Part shown: piece by piece, positions 1-15,265 of the stretch
Layout of the letters: each line of letters begins with the position of its first letter
Position numbering within the stretch: position 1 is the stretch's first letter
Origin: Bugula neritina
Taxonomy: Eukaryota; Animalia; Bryozoa
NCBI GenBank assembly: GCA_964035545.1
Contig: OZ037767.1
Coordinates: forward strand, 22,894,628-22,958,627
Direction: 5' to 3'
Length of the DNA: 64,000 bases
The notes under the pieces: model-generated
Database searches by the model: none
What the model saw: the letters and a program-made list of their open reading frames with translations, nothing else
What the model was told of the DNA's origin: nothing
Translations under genes and position numbers: made by a program

Positions 1-25
1 TCTTGTTTATGTTTTGCAATTGCAG

Positions 26-3000
26 TTTTGTTGCCGAGAAAGGTGAAAGAACTGCTTGGTAGTTTCTTTGACATGAAGTTTGCTGGACAGGAAAGTATGA
101 CCTACTTTGAGAATTTAGTCAACAGAGTCCTTGACCTAAAAAGAGAAGATGCTCAGGTATGCTTAAAGTAAAACTAGTGTCTACTAAAGTAACATTCACC
201 TTAGTCCTCAAATTACAAGCTGATAGAAGTAAAACACAGCACTGGAAATATCTCAAAGCTGTCCTTATAAAAAAAGCTCTTGCATTTAAAATGTGTTTTG
301 AGAATTAACATCAATTTTCCAAAGTCCTTTTATATCATCTACAAAACTATTATGATTTAGTAAAAGGAATATAATGTAACTGTTTCTACGCTGAACAATG
401 ATGTGTAGTATTAAGCTGTTTATGGTTTTCTTGTTCCCAGAAAAGAAATGACTTTCTATCAATGTGTATAGATAATATGGTTGATATAAAGGATGTTGAT
501 AGAGATTCTGTCAAAATCTCAGATGGGAAAACCTGGACAACAGAGGGTTAGTTATGTATTTATAACTTAGCTATCACATATCATTCTTTAGTACAAGGAC
601 TAGTAATTCATACCAAGTAATAGTTATTAGATGAGTTAGCTGAAAATTTCTACGCTCTACTGCGAAAACCTGAATCTAAGTCCATGCGCAGTCTATCTTA
701 TTTACTTCACTGGTTTTCCACGTGAATATAGTGATTATAAACAAATGCATAGAATTTTCAAAAGTAACCTATGCGTCTTTGTATGAGCTGTAAATTATGT
801 TTCCAACTCATATATCTCCCTCTCTTTGCTATTCCTTTAAGCAGAGTATGATGTCTGCCTACAGATGTTTGTGAGTAGCTTGATGACTTCTGCATATGCG
901 GTCACAGCGGAAGCATTTGAGGTCATCACTCGGTGTGTCTGTTGAGCTAAGCCTTTTTGCGGCCATCTCTAAGTTCGCCTCTGTGTCGCATTCTTTCTTC
1001 TTCAAAGATTTGCATGCCTTTATGAATCATAGATCTCCATTTGGTCCTCCTTGCGGCATTCCATTCCCAGGTCTCTGTTCTGATGTGAGAGCGCTTCATA
1101 CTGTCTTTGAGACAGTCTTTAAAGCGCTTCCTCTGTCCTCCTTGCAATCTTTTACCTATTTGTAGCTTCCCATAAAGGATCTGTTTAAAAAGTCTGTGTC
1201 CTTTCATTCTCACTACATATCCCGACCAACAAAATTTGTTCTTGATGATGAGGCTTTCAAGGCTTGAAATCTTTGTTTGTTGGTATACGCTCTTATTAGT
1301 GTGCTTGTCAGTCCATTTGATGTCCAGCATTCCTCGCAATTTCTTCATGTGATAATTTTCTAGCTTCTTTATGTCAGTACTGTAGGTAGCCCATGTCTCA
1401 GATGCATACAAAAGTGTTGGTATGATGACAGCATTGTACACTTTCAGCTTTGTGCTTACCTGCAGGTTAGAGTTGTCAAAGACTCTCTGCCTCAGCTTGC
1501 TGTAAGCAATACTAGCAGCTTGAAGCCGTCTGTCAATCTCTCTCTCCAGATCTGCCTTTGATGACAGGTTGCTTCCTAAGTACACAAAATCGTCAACAGG
1601 GCACAATGTTTCACCCCCTGTCACAAACTTGAGGAAACATCCAATCTTTCCAAGTATGGTCCAGAGGGATGTTCTGTCCACAGTTTCAAAAGCTTTTGTC
1701 AGATCGATGAAGGCCATGTACAGGTCCTGGTGCTGTTCTCTACAATTCTTCTGAATCTGCCTTGCAGCAAAGATCATATCCACTGTGCCTCTACCTGGTC
1801 GGAAGCCGCACTGAGATTCGGGGGGAATGTCTTCTGCTATGTGTGAAAGTCTTATACATAGAATCTTGGCTAAGATTTTACCAGCTATATAAAGAAATAA
1901 CAATAGTTGCATGAAATTAAATTTTATTTTGAGGATGAAAAAGGATATATGTTAATAACTTAATTTGAATATTTATTTTTTAGGATTAACAAAGGAAGAG
2001 ATTATAGGAAATGCAGTTATTTTTCTTATTGCTGGATACGAATCAACTGGAGCAACTTTGCAGAATCTGTTTTATCTCTTGGCTTGGTATCCAGAAATAC
2101 AGGAAAAGGTAACATTCCTTTATGTCAACTAACTAACAAGTAGTTGTGACTGGTGGGCATGAGACTGGTGGTTAGAGATCTTGTGATTTGAGAGCCAACA
2201 AATAAACTAAGAATAGCTAAAAATCTGAAAGGTGGCTTGTCTAACTGTTAAAAAAAGGATCTAATTCTTAGAAATGGTAAAAATATTTCAAGGCAATTTA
2301 CAAAACACATTCAGATAACTTTAACTGTGCACACATAATATTACTCATCTATTACTTAGGCAAGACTGAGTAGATAGAGGTAAAACAGGTAAAAAGTCCA
2401 TATATAGAATAGTTGTTGTTGAAGTAACAGATTAGCAAGTATGATCAGAGCTTTCTAAGCTAACAAACCTGATTGGTTGAATGATTGTAGCTTTATACAC
2501 TCACATCTGAAATATCAGATACAGATGGTAATTGTGATTATGAAGAGCTTCAGAAATTGGAGTATTTAGAGTGTTGTATTCTAGAGACATTGAGATTATT
2601 TCCTCCATTACCAAGGTACACTAGAAGCATGCAACTGTATTGAGTGTCAATGTATAGCTACTAAATACCATGGTCAACTTTCTTCTGTTGTAATTGTCGA
2701 TTATTTCATATCAGAAGTATTTTATAAGGTCACTTTATACTCAGCAAAAAACCGATTCAAAGTACTTGTTAGGACAATCAATGCAATACCATATTACACA
2801 CGCACACACACGCACACATATAACAGCGTAAAGCCACACCACGAGGATTTTATTGCATGCGGGTCTGAATAATTGAAAATCTGTTGCGGAAACGACCTGC
2901 CACACACAATGCCTTGGTTGTGGGTGCAGAAATTTATTGGCTAATGATCTTGGCGCTTAAGTGTAGGGCCACATGACGCGTCTTACAACGAGCGTGACGT

Positions 3001-4909
3001 GCGAGAAATCCCATTTAGCCCAAAAATTGGGCATTGCGTGCGGATTTTCTAGCGTCTAACATGCTGAGCAAGAAGTGCGACACGCTTGTGTGACACAGTT
3101 TGATCTAATTGGCTTATTACCATGTAATATTTAGTGAGCACATTTTTTTATTTTAATTTACGATTTAACTTGTAGCGAGCTGAATTAAAACAGTTTTATA
3201 TAGTTTGCATTTCCGCTTTTATAATATCCAAATCCGATGACGTAGTTTAAAAACAAACGTCTGTAGGCGAGCAGTGAAGTCTAACGTTAACATCAGTGGC
3301 TAATATTTTTTTGCACTCGCAACACATGCACTGTGTGTGGCAGCTCACTAGCGTGTATTCTAATGGGATTTCTTGCACGTCACGCTCGCGTAAAATGCGT
3401 CGTGTGGCCCTACACTAACTTTACTGCTCGCCTGCAGGTGTTTGTTTTTAAATCTACTTCATCGACAAAATGGTTTTAGATATTATAAAAGCAGAAAGTT
3501 CAAACTATATGAAACTGTTTTAATTCAGTTTGCGTAAAATTAAAACATGAATTAAAATTCAAAAAAGTGTGCTCGCCAATGGAAACCAGCCAATTAGATC
3601 ATACCCGCACAAGCTTTTTGCACTCTCTGCTCAGCAAGTTTTCCGCATGAAAACCCGCACAAAACGATTTCACATATGGCTGGTAACCGCCCTATGCTTA
3701 CACTTTAACTTTAAATTTATTTAGTTTCCTACAAAGCACTTTATCATGTATGCTTTAATCAAGAGCTATTTCCCATAGTATTTAAATTATGAGGTAGTCA
3801 GTTTACTGTTGAATAGCATTGTATTTTGTTATACAAAATGTAGATTGGATAGAGTTGCCAACAAAGATGTGACAGTTAAAGGTATCAGAATTCCTAAAGA
3901 CATGATTGTGGAGTTTCAAGTCTACGCCCTACAACATGATCCCAAGTATTGGCCAGAACCTGAACTATTTAGACCTGAGCGGTAATAATAATACATGCTT
4001 ACTATAAATCACATACACTATATACAGAAATGTATTTCTACGAACATATTACACACATATAGGAGTCTCGGATTAGTTACTATAACAAAAGACAATCAAT
4101 ATAATATATGTTATATATCTATACTACTGCCATATATACTGCATGTATGTAATGTGAGTGTTACTGATATAAATATAATATAATATATTCAGATACACAA
4201 ACACTCTCTAGTAATATAACAATTTACTAACATTTTTACATATACTAATAGCTATATGCTGTTACTGCATGGGTTTATTTGATTAAGTTATTTGTAGGTT
4301 TTCTTCTGAGAACAAAGATGAATTCAACCAGTATGCATTTCTATCATTTGGTGCTGGGAACAGAGCGTGTATTGGAAAAAGACTTGCTATGCTAGAGCTA
4401 AAAGTCGCCATTGCAAAAACTCTTAAAATGGTAAAATTTGAAAGAGGTGCCGATACACCAAGTCTGGTAAGATTTAGCACTTGACTGCAAAGAAGTTAAA
4501 TACTAGATAAGTTTGTTGTTGTTTAGTTATTCGCAAAAATTCTGGTCCAATCGTATTATTAAACTTATATATGCTTTCTCTTGTGTTGTTTGGAAACTTT
4601 ATAGACTATGCTCCAGCATGGTGTAATGTAAAGTCCACAGTCTACTCAACACCTTTACCAATAATGTAGTTACAGAGGCTACGTGGCAGTAATTAACCTG
4701 TTTCATTACTAGTTTAAGTTGTTTTTGCATTTTACTCAAAACTGCTCTACCAGTATGATGCCCTTACACTCATTATGCATCAATCAACTTGTTTTTTATC
4801 CTGATAAATTGACTATTTTTAGGAAAATTTGACCTATAAAAAAGGACCAGGACTGATACAACCCATAGAGCCACTAAAAATTAATATTGTCAAAAGACAG
4901 CCAGACTAG
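26..4909 (+). CDS. Cytochrome P450 clan 3 (CYP3A-like), copy A, 3' part (coding exons 7-13; 5' exons lie left of the window)
   Basis: GT-AG exons 26-156, 441-546, 1984-2108, 2491-2615, 3844-3981, 4298-4466 and 4823-4909 splice in frame. They encode the I-helix FLIAGYESTG, K-helix ETLR, meander PELFRPERF and heme motif FGAGNRACIG, ending KRQPD*. Confidence 0.93.
816..1885 (-). mobile_element. RTE-clade LINE fragment (5'-truncated, RT core internally deleted) in intron 8 of copy A
   Basis: ORF 947-1912 has RTE-type RT motifs (ESQCGFRPGRGTVDMIF, YMAFIDLTKAF, FVYLGS, KVYNAVIIPTLLYASETW). It is flanked by a TATAT duplication (811-815, 1886-1890) and is absent from the same intron in copies C, D and E. 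Confidence 0.9.
2961..3415. mobile_element. MITE, PIF/Harbinger-like, in intron 10 of copy A
   Basis: TIRs GTGTAGGGCCACATGACGC... / ...GCGTCGTGTGGCCCTACAC with a TAA target duplication. The empty site CTTGGCGCTTAACTTTACTGC is in copy C at ~39770. Confidence 0.88.
3419..3697. mobile_element. Older non-autonomous DNA transposon remnant in intron 10 (also in copies B, C and D)
   Basis: Ends in the TIR-like ...ATATGGCTGGTAACCGCCCTATGC followed by TTA. Its internal sequence is homologous to the inside of the adjacent MITE. Confidence 0.5.
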
Positions 4910-7900
4910 TTTGCTGGAGAGTTGCTACTTTTATTATTAGTTTATGTCATCACAAAGGGATATAAATATACATAGAAACAATCAAACTGTTGAAATGACT
5001 CTGTAATCATGTTATTGGATGTGCAATCTTGATAAGACTTTCAAAGAGCTGAATACTGTACTTGACATGGTTCAGTCAGCCATCTTTATATTCTTTTGAA
5101 AATCAATATTACAAAGCATAAATATATATATTTCCATCTATATAAATGGAAAATATAGTGTTATATTTGAAGCACTTTGGTAATTAAATTGTTGTAACAT
5201 TCAATTGATGTGTTTGTAGTAAAAATATGGTATTGCGTTGACAAATGCACAACAACAGCTAGAAGCAATCTACAATGTACTATAATTAGTGCAAACATTC
5301 AGCAAGGCAGCTAAAACATTGGTTTGGTATATTTATGGTAAAAAGTACAGCATTTCGTACATACATTGTCAAAAAATTAAGTTGAAAAATCAAAAGTTTG
5401 TAATTTAGAACATGAACAGTGAAAATCTTTTGTTAAGCCTACATAATTTTTTTTAATTGTTTTCTAATCCAAATTTACCAAAAAAATTACCTTCACTGTA
5501 ATGCATTCGGAAGTGAAAAAGTTTTCAATTAAAGTAGTGAAAAAGTTTTCAATTAAGGTAGTAAAAAATATTCAATGTGATAACAAAAATACTATAATAA
5601 CCTAATTATGTCAAAATGTACAGCCTCTTAATCTTGAAACTTGAAACTTGAAAATTACTTGACAAGTTAAATACTTTTAGCAAGAAAATTGCTGTGATTA
5701 GATTCTGAACTGTTTAATATGAACAGCAAACTATAAGTGAAGCAGTTGCGTTCCCTTGCCGTGCAACCATGCAACCGTGCAACTTGCAAGTTGCAAAATA
5801 CTCAATGGTAGTAATTAAGTTTAGATAACTATTTACATGACTGGGAAAATATATTCATTTGATATAAAATTTGAGCTAGCTAATAACAACTTTTATATTC
5901 CTGTGTAAAGCTTATATAGAATGAAAACCTTGCAGTTGTTAATTGATCAGCCAATAACATTGCAAACACACATTTTGCTCAAACAGTTTATTTATGATGT
6001 GATGCATTTATAGCTATAACTTGACACATTTCACTGTGGTCATGAAGTTAAGAAAAATGTGTATCAGTACTATTGGCTTTGTTCAGCTGCAGGTATCCTA
6101 CTAATACATTATCAAGTTTTTCTCCAGTCACTTCATATGTTTATAGAAGAGTACTGTTTAAACAGTATAAAATTGTACAAAGATAAGTGTTCAATTACAA
6201 TGCAATAGAGAATTCGTATAGTATGCCAAATGCAGCTACTATTATGTAAGCCGAGTATTGAATGTACATGTTTTTGTATAATCAATACAAGTTCCACCCA
6301 CTAAATTCTGTTTAGCTACTCAAGGATTCAATAACTCCAGGGCTAAAACTACTACACAGTAGGCATAGCAAAAGCTATATTCTAGTGAGTTTATTGACTT
6401 CATACTATCACAGACACGCATATTGCTCTCAGTCAAACCATTCATCAGCATTCAAAGGTAAGCTAATCTTCTGTAAATATCAAGCTTATCACTGGCTGAT
6501 GTTAAATAATAAATCTGACTCAGATAATGCTGTGATCATTTAGAACATAAAATACAGAAACTTTTACCAAAAATCAACTTGTTGCGTGTCTCAAATAGAA
6601 GAATCATACAGCGTACTGTTAAGTATATCTACTTTCACTGTTTATTACAAACAATATACAGTGTTGTGCTTTAACAATACTGCATTGAGAATATAATGCT
6701 TAAGTCACATCAAATTTTCCTTTCAGTTTCATATTCAGCATTCTCCAACTACTTTCAATATCAGTTCTTAAATTGCAAATTTTATGGTTTTGAATTTATT
6801 ATTACTTGACAGTTTTAAAGGTTCATAAATAGTTTTAGTAAGCTCTTGCGTTGCACCTTATAAACTTTTGCAAACAACCTTAAGCCTGTTTTTAGTGAAT
6901 TACTTTTTCTTCTGTAATTATACTTATTACCGTACAAATTACAATCACATAATATAAATTGCAAATCAAAACTATGTTTGGGAAGCGAAATATCACAAGT
7001 TTGACAAATATAAATATATAAATTATTTTCAAATTCACAATTTTATAAAATATAATTGTTACTAAACACATATTTTTTAGTCTGAATATTGTGAAAGCGC
7101 TAAAATTTAACAGGTGTGTTGGTTAAGAAAATGGTTTTTATGATGCACTTTAGCTAAGTTTCTTTTAAAATTTAAAAGCCACGATATCTTTTAAATTCTA
7201 AAAGAAACTTAGCTACACATTTCTTTCGTAGATATATGCTACGCAAGAAATGTGAAGTGTGAGTTGATCACCAAGGGCACATTTAATTGTATGATCACGG
7301 CTATAATAATCTGTTATGCAGTGTTGTACATATTATATTACACTTAGTTCAACATTCAAAAAGTTAAAAAAGGTTAAAAAAGAGCTTAACCTCCGATAGT
7401 GCAGCTGCTATAAGGGTGAATATGATACATGCATCAAAGCTTTAATTCAGCTTGATTTATTTTAATGCATATCAGCCCTGGAAAACCTTCTTATATAAAA
7501 TTAATGTCAGCCTTTACATTCTTAATGTAAAGTTATCACATAGCATAAGTTGTAAAAGCAGCATAACGTAATGAATATCTAACAGTTTATTAAGCATTCA
7601 GCATTGCTAACGTAACGTTCCACTCAAATAGATTATCACATCACTTGATTCTCGCCTATACACGCAACGCAATGACTGCAATAGTTGTCAATTCATTATA
7701 ATTAGTCAACAGCACGTCCTTGCCCATTGGCTGTGGCTTTACGCCGTGACAGCCCGGATGTTTCAGTGCAGACGTTGAACCTACAGTTAGTAGAATAGTA
7801 GCGCGCTAGCAATGCAAGTTCCATCGCATAAAGAACAATCAATTTTAATGATATCATTAACAAAATATAAATGAATTTGAATTGGAATTAACTTAAAGAG

Positions 7901-9130
7901 GCACAGGTTAGTTTTGTTTTTCAGTATTTGTAATAGTTTAAAGCTTTCCTTAAGTATTTTTTATCCATTTCAACTTAATAATAAATATTTGTTTTATTTA
8001 ACATATTTAGGAGTTTAACAAGTTTGGAATGCCAGTGTGGTCGGTGCATGATAAAATTATGGCTATGTGTTTACATTTTAATAGATTTCTCATAAAATTG
8101 TGAATTCTAAAGGCAGGCTCTCCAGTTATTGATCAGATTGTCACAGGATAGAACCCTAATTTGTAGCTTAAAGTTTTACTTTTATTCATAACAGTATTTT
8201 ACTGCAACTACTAATTCAAGTCGACTTTGAATACAAGTTTAACCTTTGTTTATGTAATACAAGTTTAACCTTTGTTTATGTAATACATACATTGTTACTT
8301 GTCTTAACTGATATAATTACTTAACTTTGTCTATGGCAATTATCATTTAATGTCATTTCTTATTATATAAACTTTAATATTTTTAGTAAACCTACAATGT
8401 CGTTTCCTAGAGTCAAACTCACCCTAGCTAGCCACTAAAAGAAGGCAAGAGGTGGTTAATCCAAAATATGTATATATGTTTGAATACTTTAAAAGTCATA
8501 AATAATTGTTGGTCTTTTATTTTTGGTGATTTTATTTTAAAAACCTTTTATAATTGCATATTTTAACCTACTTTTATAGTTTCTTACGGCGGTTGGAATA
8601 ACTAAAAATAAAGTTAGTAACACCAACACCAGTACAACTCATCTATAGTTAGTGGCAACGCTACACTTATTTATCATATTTTGTGAATCTCATCTAATAA
8701 CACAGCAAATTGGGCTTCGAGCTGTTTGTGTAGATACTAAGGGTTAATTAAATAAATATCTAAAGCTTATAGAATAAACTCAACTCTAGTTCAATGCTGC
8801 AGCATGTGAACTTAACTTCATGCAGTGAACTTAACTCCATGCAGTGAACTTAACTCCATGCAGTGAACTTAACTCCATGCAGTGAACTCAACTCCATGCA
8901 GTAAAGTCATTTTTGTTCTAGGCACAGCTTTTAGAAATGGGAGAGGAGTTTTTTGACTGTCCAATAAATTTAGATGGTTAGCTGCATTAGAGAGTTTATT
9001 ATTGTAAATATATTTATTTTGGTGTATTTGAACTATTCGAGGGAATAATGACCTTTAAGGACATTCCATGCTTATCAAGTTGTCCAATTAGATGACAGCA
9101 ACCTGTGCATACTTATTGATGAGTCGTTTA
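4910..9130. repeat. ~4.2 kb 3'UTR plus intergenic spacer duplicated with each gene unit (also ~25666-29780 and ~41294-45480)
   Basis: Near-identical collinear sequence follows the stop codons of copies A, B and C. Confidence 0.9.
8807..8901. repeat. 19-bp promoter minisatellite TGAACTTAACTCCATGCAG, 5 units
   Basis: Five tandem units. Paralogous arrays have 2 units (29516-29553) and 5 units (45161-45255). Confidence 0.9.
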
Positions 9131-9191
9131 ATATAAAAGCCAGCAGAAGTGAATGCACTTGTAATAGTTGTAACAAAAACCCTGTGGTGAG
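9049..9191 (+). promoter_or_regulatory. Putative core promoter and short non-coding first exon of copy B
   Basis: TGACCT-TTA-AGGACA at 9049-9063, CCAAT at ~9084, TATAAAAG at 9132-9139, donor GTGAG at 9187. The same layout occurs in copies C and D. Confidence 0.5.
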
Positions 9192-9784
9192 CTCTTTAGT
9201 TTTACAGTTTTCTGTCATCTAACACTTATTCAATGATTCTAACTAGAATTATTTTTATTAGTTAGTGAAAATATCTTCTACTGTATAGGAAACTGAAAGA
9301 TCTTAATTTATGTATAGATCAACCTTCTATTATGTGACTAATATTTTGATGCAGTAGCAGAGAATTTCAATAACTTTATAAGTCTGTTGATTGTCTAAAA
9401 TAATTTTGATTTGGGCCATGTGTGTGCTGGCTACAATTTTCATGAAAGAAACAGTATTTTTAATTGGTAGTTGTTTTAGAATTCAGTCCTTTCCTAACTT
9501 TTCTATGACTTCAGCTACCTCGTTATACATGTGTAATGGAAACTTTAATCTTTTGCAAATATGTATATCTTTATTATTTCTTAAGCTTTAATGGTATAAA
9601 ACATGACTGTGGGGAAGAATATATTTACAAACATCTCATAAATATATAGAATGTAAATAATAATAACCTGTTTCTATACCATACGTTATGGCAATGCACT
9701 GGAGATTCTAACTACAGTGAGTGTAGGATTCTTCCTATCATGGTCACACCAGCTACAATACTAGTGGATTATGTAGCCTACCGT

Positions 9785-9957
<173 letters not shown>

Positions 9958-12173
9958 CCTACTGCCCAGCCAGTACCTATATAATATACCCTTTTACCAT
10001 CTAAACAAAATAATGTAGAATTTTTGAACATATTAACTTTAGTAGGGATATATGAATTTAAAGATTACATGACTAAATGATCTGATTAGACTTAGTAAAA
10101 TTTCACTATCAAAATACAAAATTTAACATTAAATAAAAGTGAGGTTTTTGTTAAATTATACAACTAAATTTGCACTAAACTTTCTATAGTCATCATTATA
10201 GTGTACATTTTCTTGATTATTTTGCCTCGTCAGAAAATTTCTCTTTATAGCTGCTGGCAGTAAAAAATGAAAAAATCTTACACAGCATCTAATCTTTTGC
10301 AGTCAAATAAGAAATGCTACCACAGAGGCAGCTGTTATCAGATAAATAGCAGGAAATGACAGCTCAAAGTAGAGTAATGGCCTTTATGCTGTTTGTGCAT
10401 TAATTGAGAGCAGCTTATAATGCAATCAACCATTACGTCAGTAATTTTAACTATGATGTCACTTATTGATCATGCATAGATTTGATTGGACAGCTAGGAC
10501 TAAAAAGCAACAATATGTAATACTGTTGTGTTTAGTTTGAACTGATGACATCAATCTGAATATTATGTAATATTCAAACCAGCTCTTTACAAAGCCGTTG
10601 TTGTACATGCAGATTGCATGCTTATTATACATTTTTTAATAATTTACAAGTCCTAAAAAACAAATAGTAGTTGTCTATAACTGTAAAGAGTCACTATATT
10701 ATATTGTGAAGATTCATAATATAATTTTATATCATGTTAACTGTTGTGTTTTAGGCAGTGCCAATGTTAGACATAAAACTAGTCAAGGAGTATCCTGGAA
10801 GAGTTTATGGGTAATTTTTATTTGTTTCCAGTCTTACTGTTCCAACATTACTGTCGCATACCTTAATACACTTGTATTGTTCAAAATCCTCACAATGACA
10901 CCTAAAGGTATGGTACTCTATACTAAACTTACTGGTGGAACACCAGAGAGCTGGCCCAATATACTATCATATAATATATCAACAGTACAAAAAGTTTTAA
11001 TCATTCAATCTGCCGATGTTTGTTGCAACAGGATTTGAACTTTAAGTTCTGGCGGATTTATTTTGAAACTTTCCGTGTTTGAGGAGTTAAGACATTCTTA
11101 AAATAAATTGTTCAAATGAAAAAGACAGATATCTGGTCAGATGAAACAGTATCAATGCAGGAAGACAGGACTAGCCTTCTGAGACTATTTATATTCAGAT
11201 GCTATAATTGTCCAATACTTTTTGTAAATGGAGATAAAAATATGTAGACAAAACTTGCTTTTGATGACTTGGCAATTTGCAGTAAATTGAAAAAGCTTGC
11301 CAAGTAAAATTATGAAAGCCATCATTTGGTGTGTTGATTTTATGCTGTCAACTTCACTAACTCACTATGTTTTCAAAGGGCATCAAATGGCAATTAGATG
11401 AGCCAGATTTCACTTTTTGGAAGTAAGTTTTTGCATCAATTTGATTTTAACGGACAAACATTATTAACTGAAACTCGAAACTTTTTTCAGCATAAGTATA
11501 AACGCAACTTATCCTAGTTTGTGTTTTAGAAAGAAATGGATAAATTTAGAACCAGTAAAAAGTGTCTATTGAGATGAATTATCAAATGGTATTTTTTATA
11601 TAATATTGGTATTTAGGAAGCCTATATACTTATGAAAACAACTCTCTATGCTGCTTATGCTCTTTATGGCAAACATGTAAACCTACAGTTTCTAAATGTT
11701 CAAAGTGTAACAAAATGACTTAGAGAAAGCAGTTTGAGTTATAATAATAGGTGTAAAGATCACTACAAATGCTTTATTACAAAGCTTAAATACATTGATT
11801 GTTCTTTCAATTTTATGAAAACATCACTTTTTTACGTTGAAATACTATGCACAGCTCTGTCTTACATTTGAACTAAGCTTTAAATCATATAATCAGGCCA
11901 ACTGTTGCTACAACACCTTTATTTTAATCAAAATCTTTTGCAACTTTACAGAACATTTCAAGGGCGGCAAGCAGTGCTACAAGTTGTTGATGCAGACGTT
12001 GTGAAAGAGATTGCTGTCAAAGAGTTTGCTTCTTTTACTAATAAAAGAAATGTTATAAATGAAAACAGTTTCATTATGAGTCAGATACCAGTATTGAAAG
12101 ATGATCACTGGAAACATGTTAGATCTACCATTACACCAACTTTCACCTCTGGGAAATTAAAGCAGGTATATAT

Positions 12174-15105
<2,932 letters not shown>

Positions 15106-15112
15106 TGTGTTT

Positions 15113-15265
15113 GGGATCAGTTGTAGTGTACTAGTTAGAGTGCAGGTCTAGTAAACGTTGAGGTCAGTGGTTTGAGTCCAAACATCAGCAGTGATGTTGG
15201 GAAGAGCATTTAGTCATTATTGCTTCTGTGCCACATAAGAATTAGTCTTTAGCCCGCTTTAAAAA
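15113..15265 (+). mobile_element. Decayed tRNA-derived SINE in intron 4 of copy B
   Basis: A-box-like TAGTGTACTAG, CTAGTAAAC anticodon-loop remnant and B-box-like GTTTGAGTCC. Paralogous to 36127-36272. Confidence 0.5.

Noticed and set aside
896-1754. Plus-strand ORFs 896-1165 and 1569-1754 (and 17557-18280)
   Set aside because: They are antisense shadows of the RTE reading frame.
6315-6457. AG...GT-bounded open segment in the spacer as an extra exon
   Set aside because: No recognisable protein, and the paralogous segment at ~42810 has an in-frame TAA.
8807-8901. Regular 19-bp repeats as a CRISPR array
   Set aside because: Units are contiguous with no unique spacers, there are no cas genes, and the context is eukaryotic.
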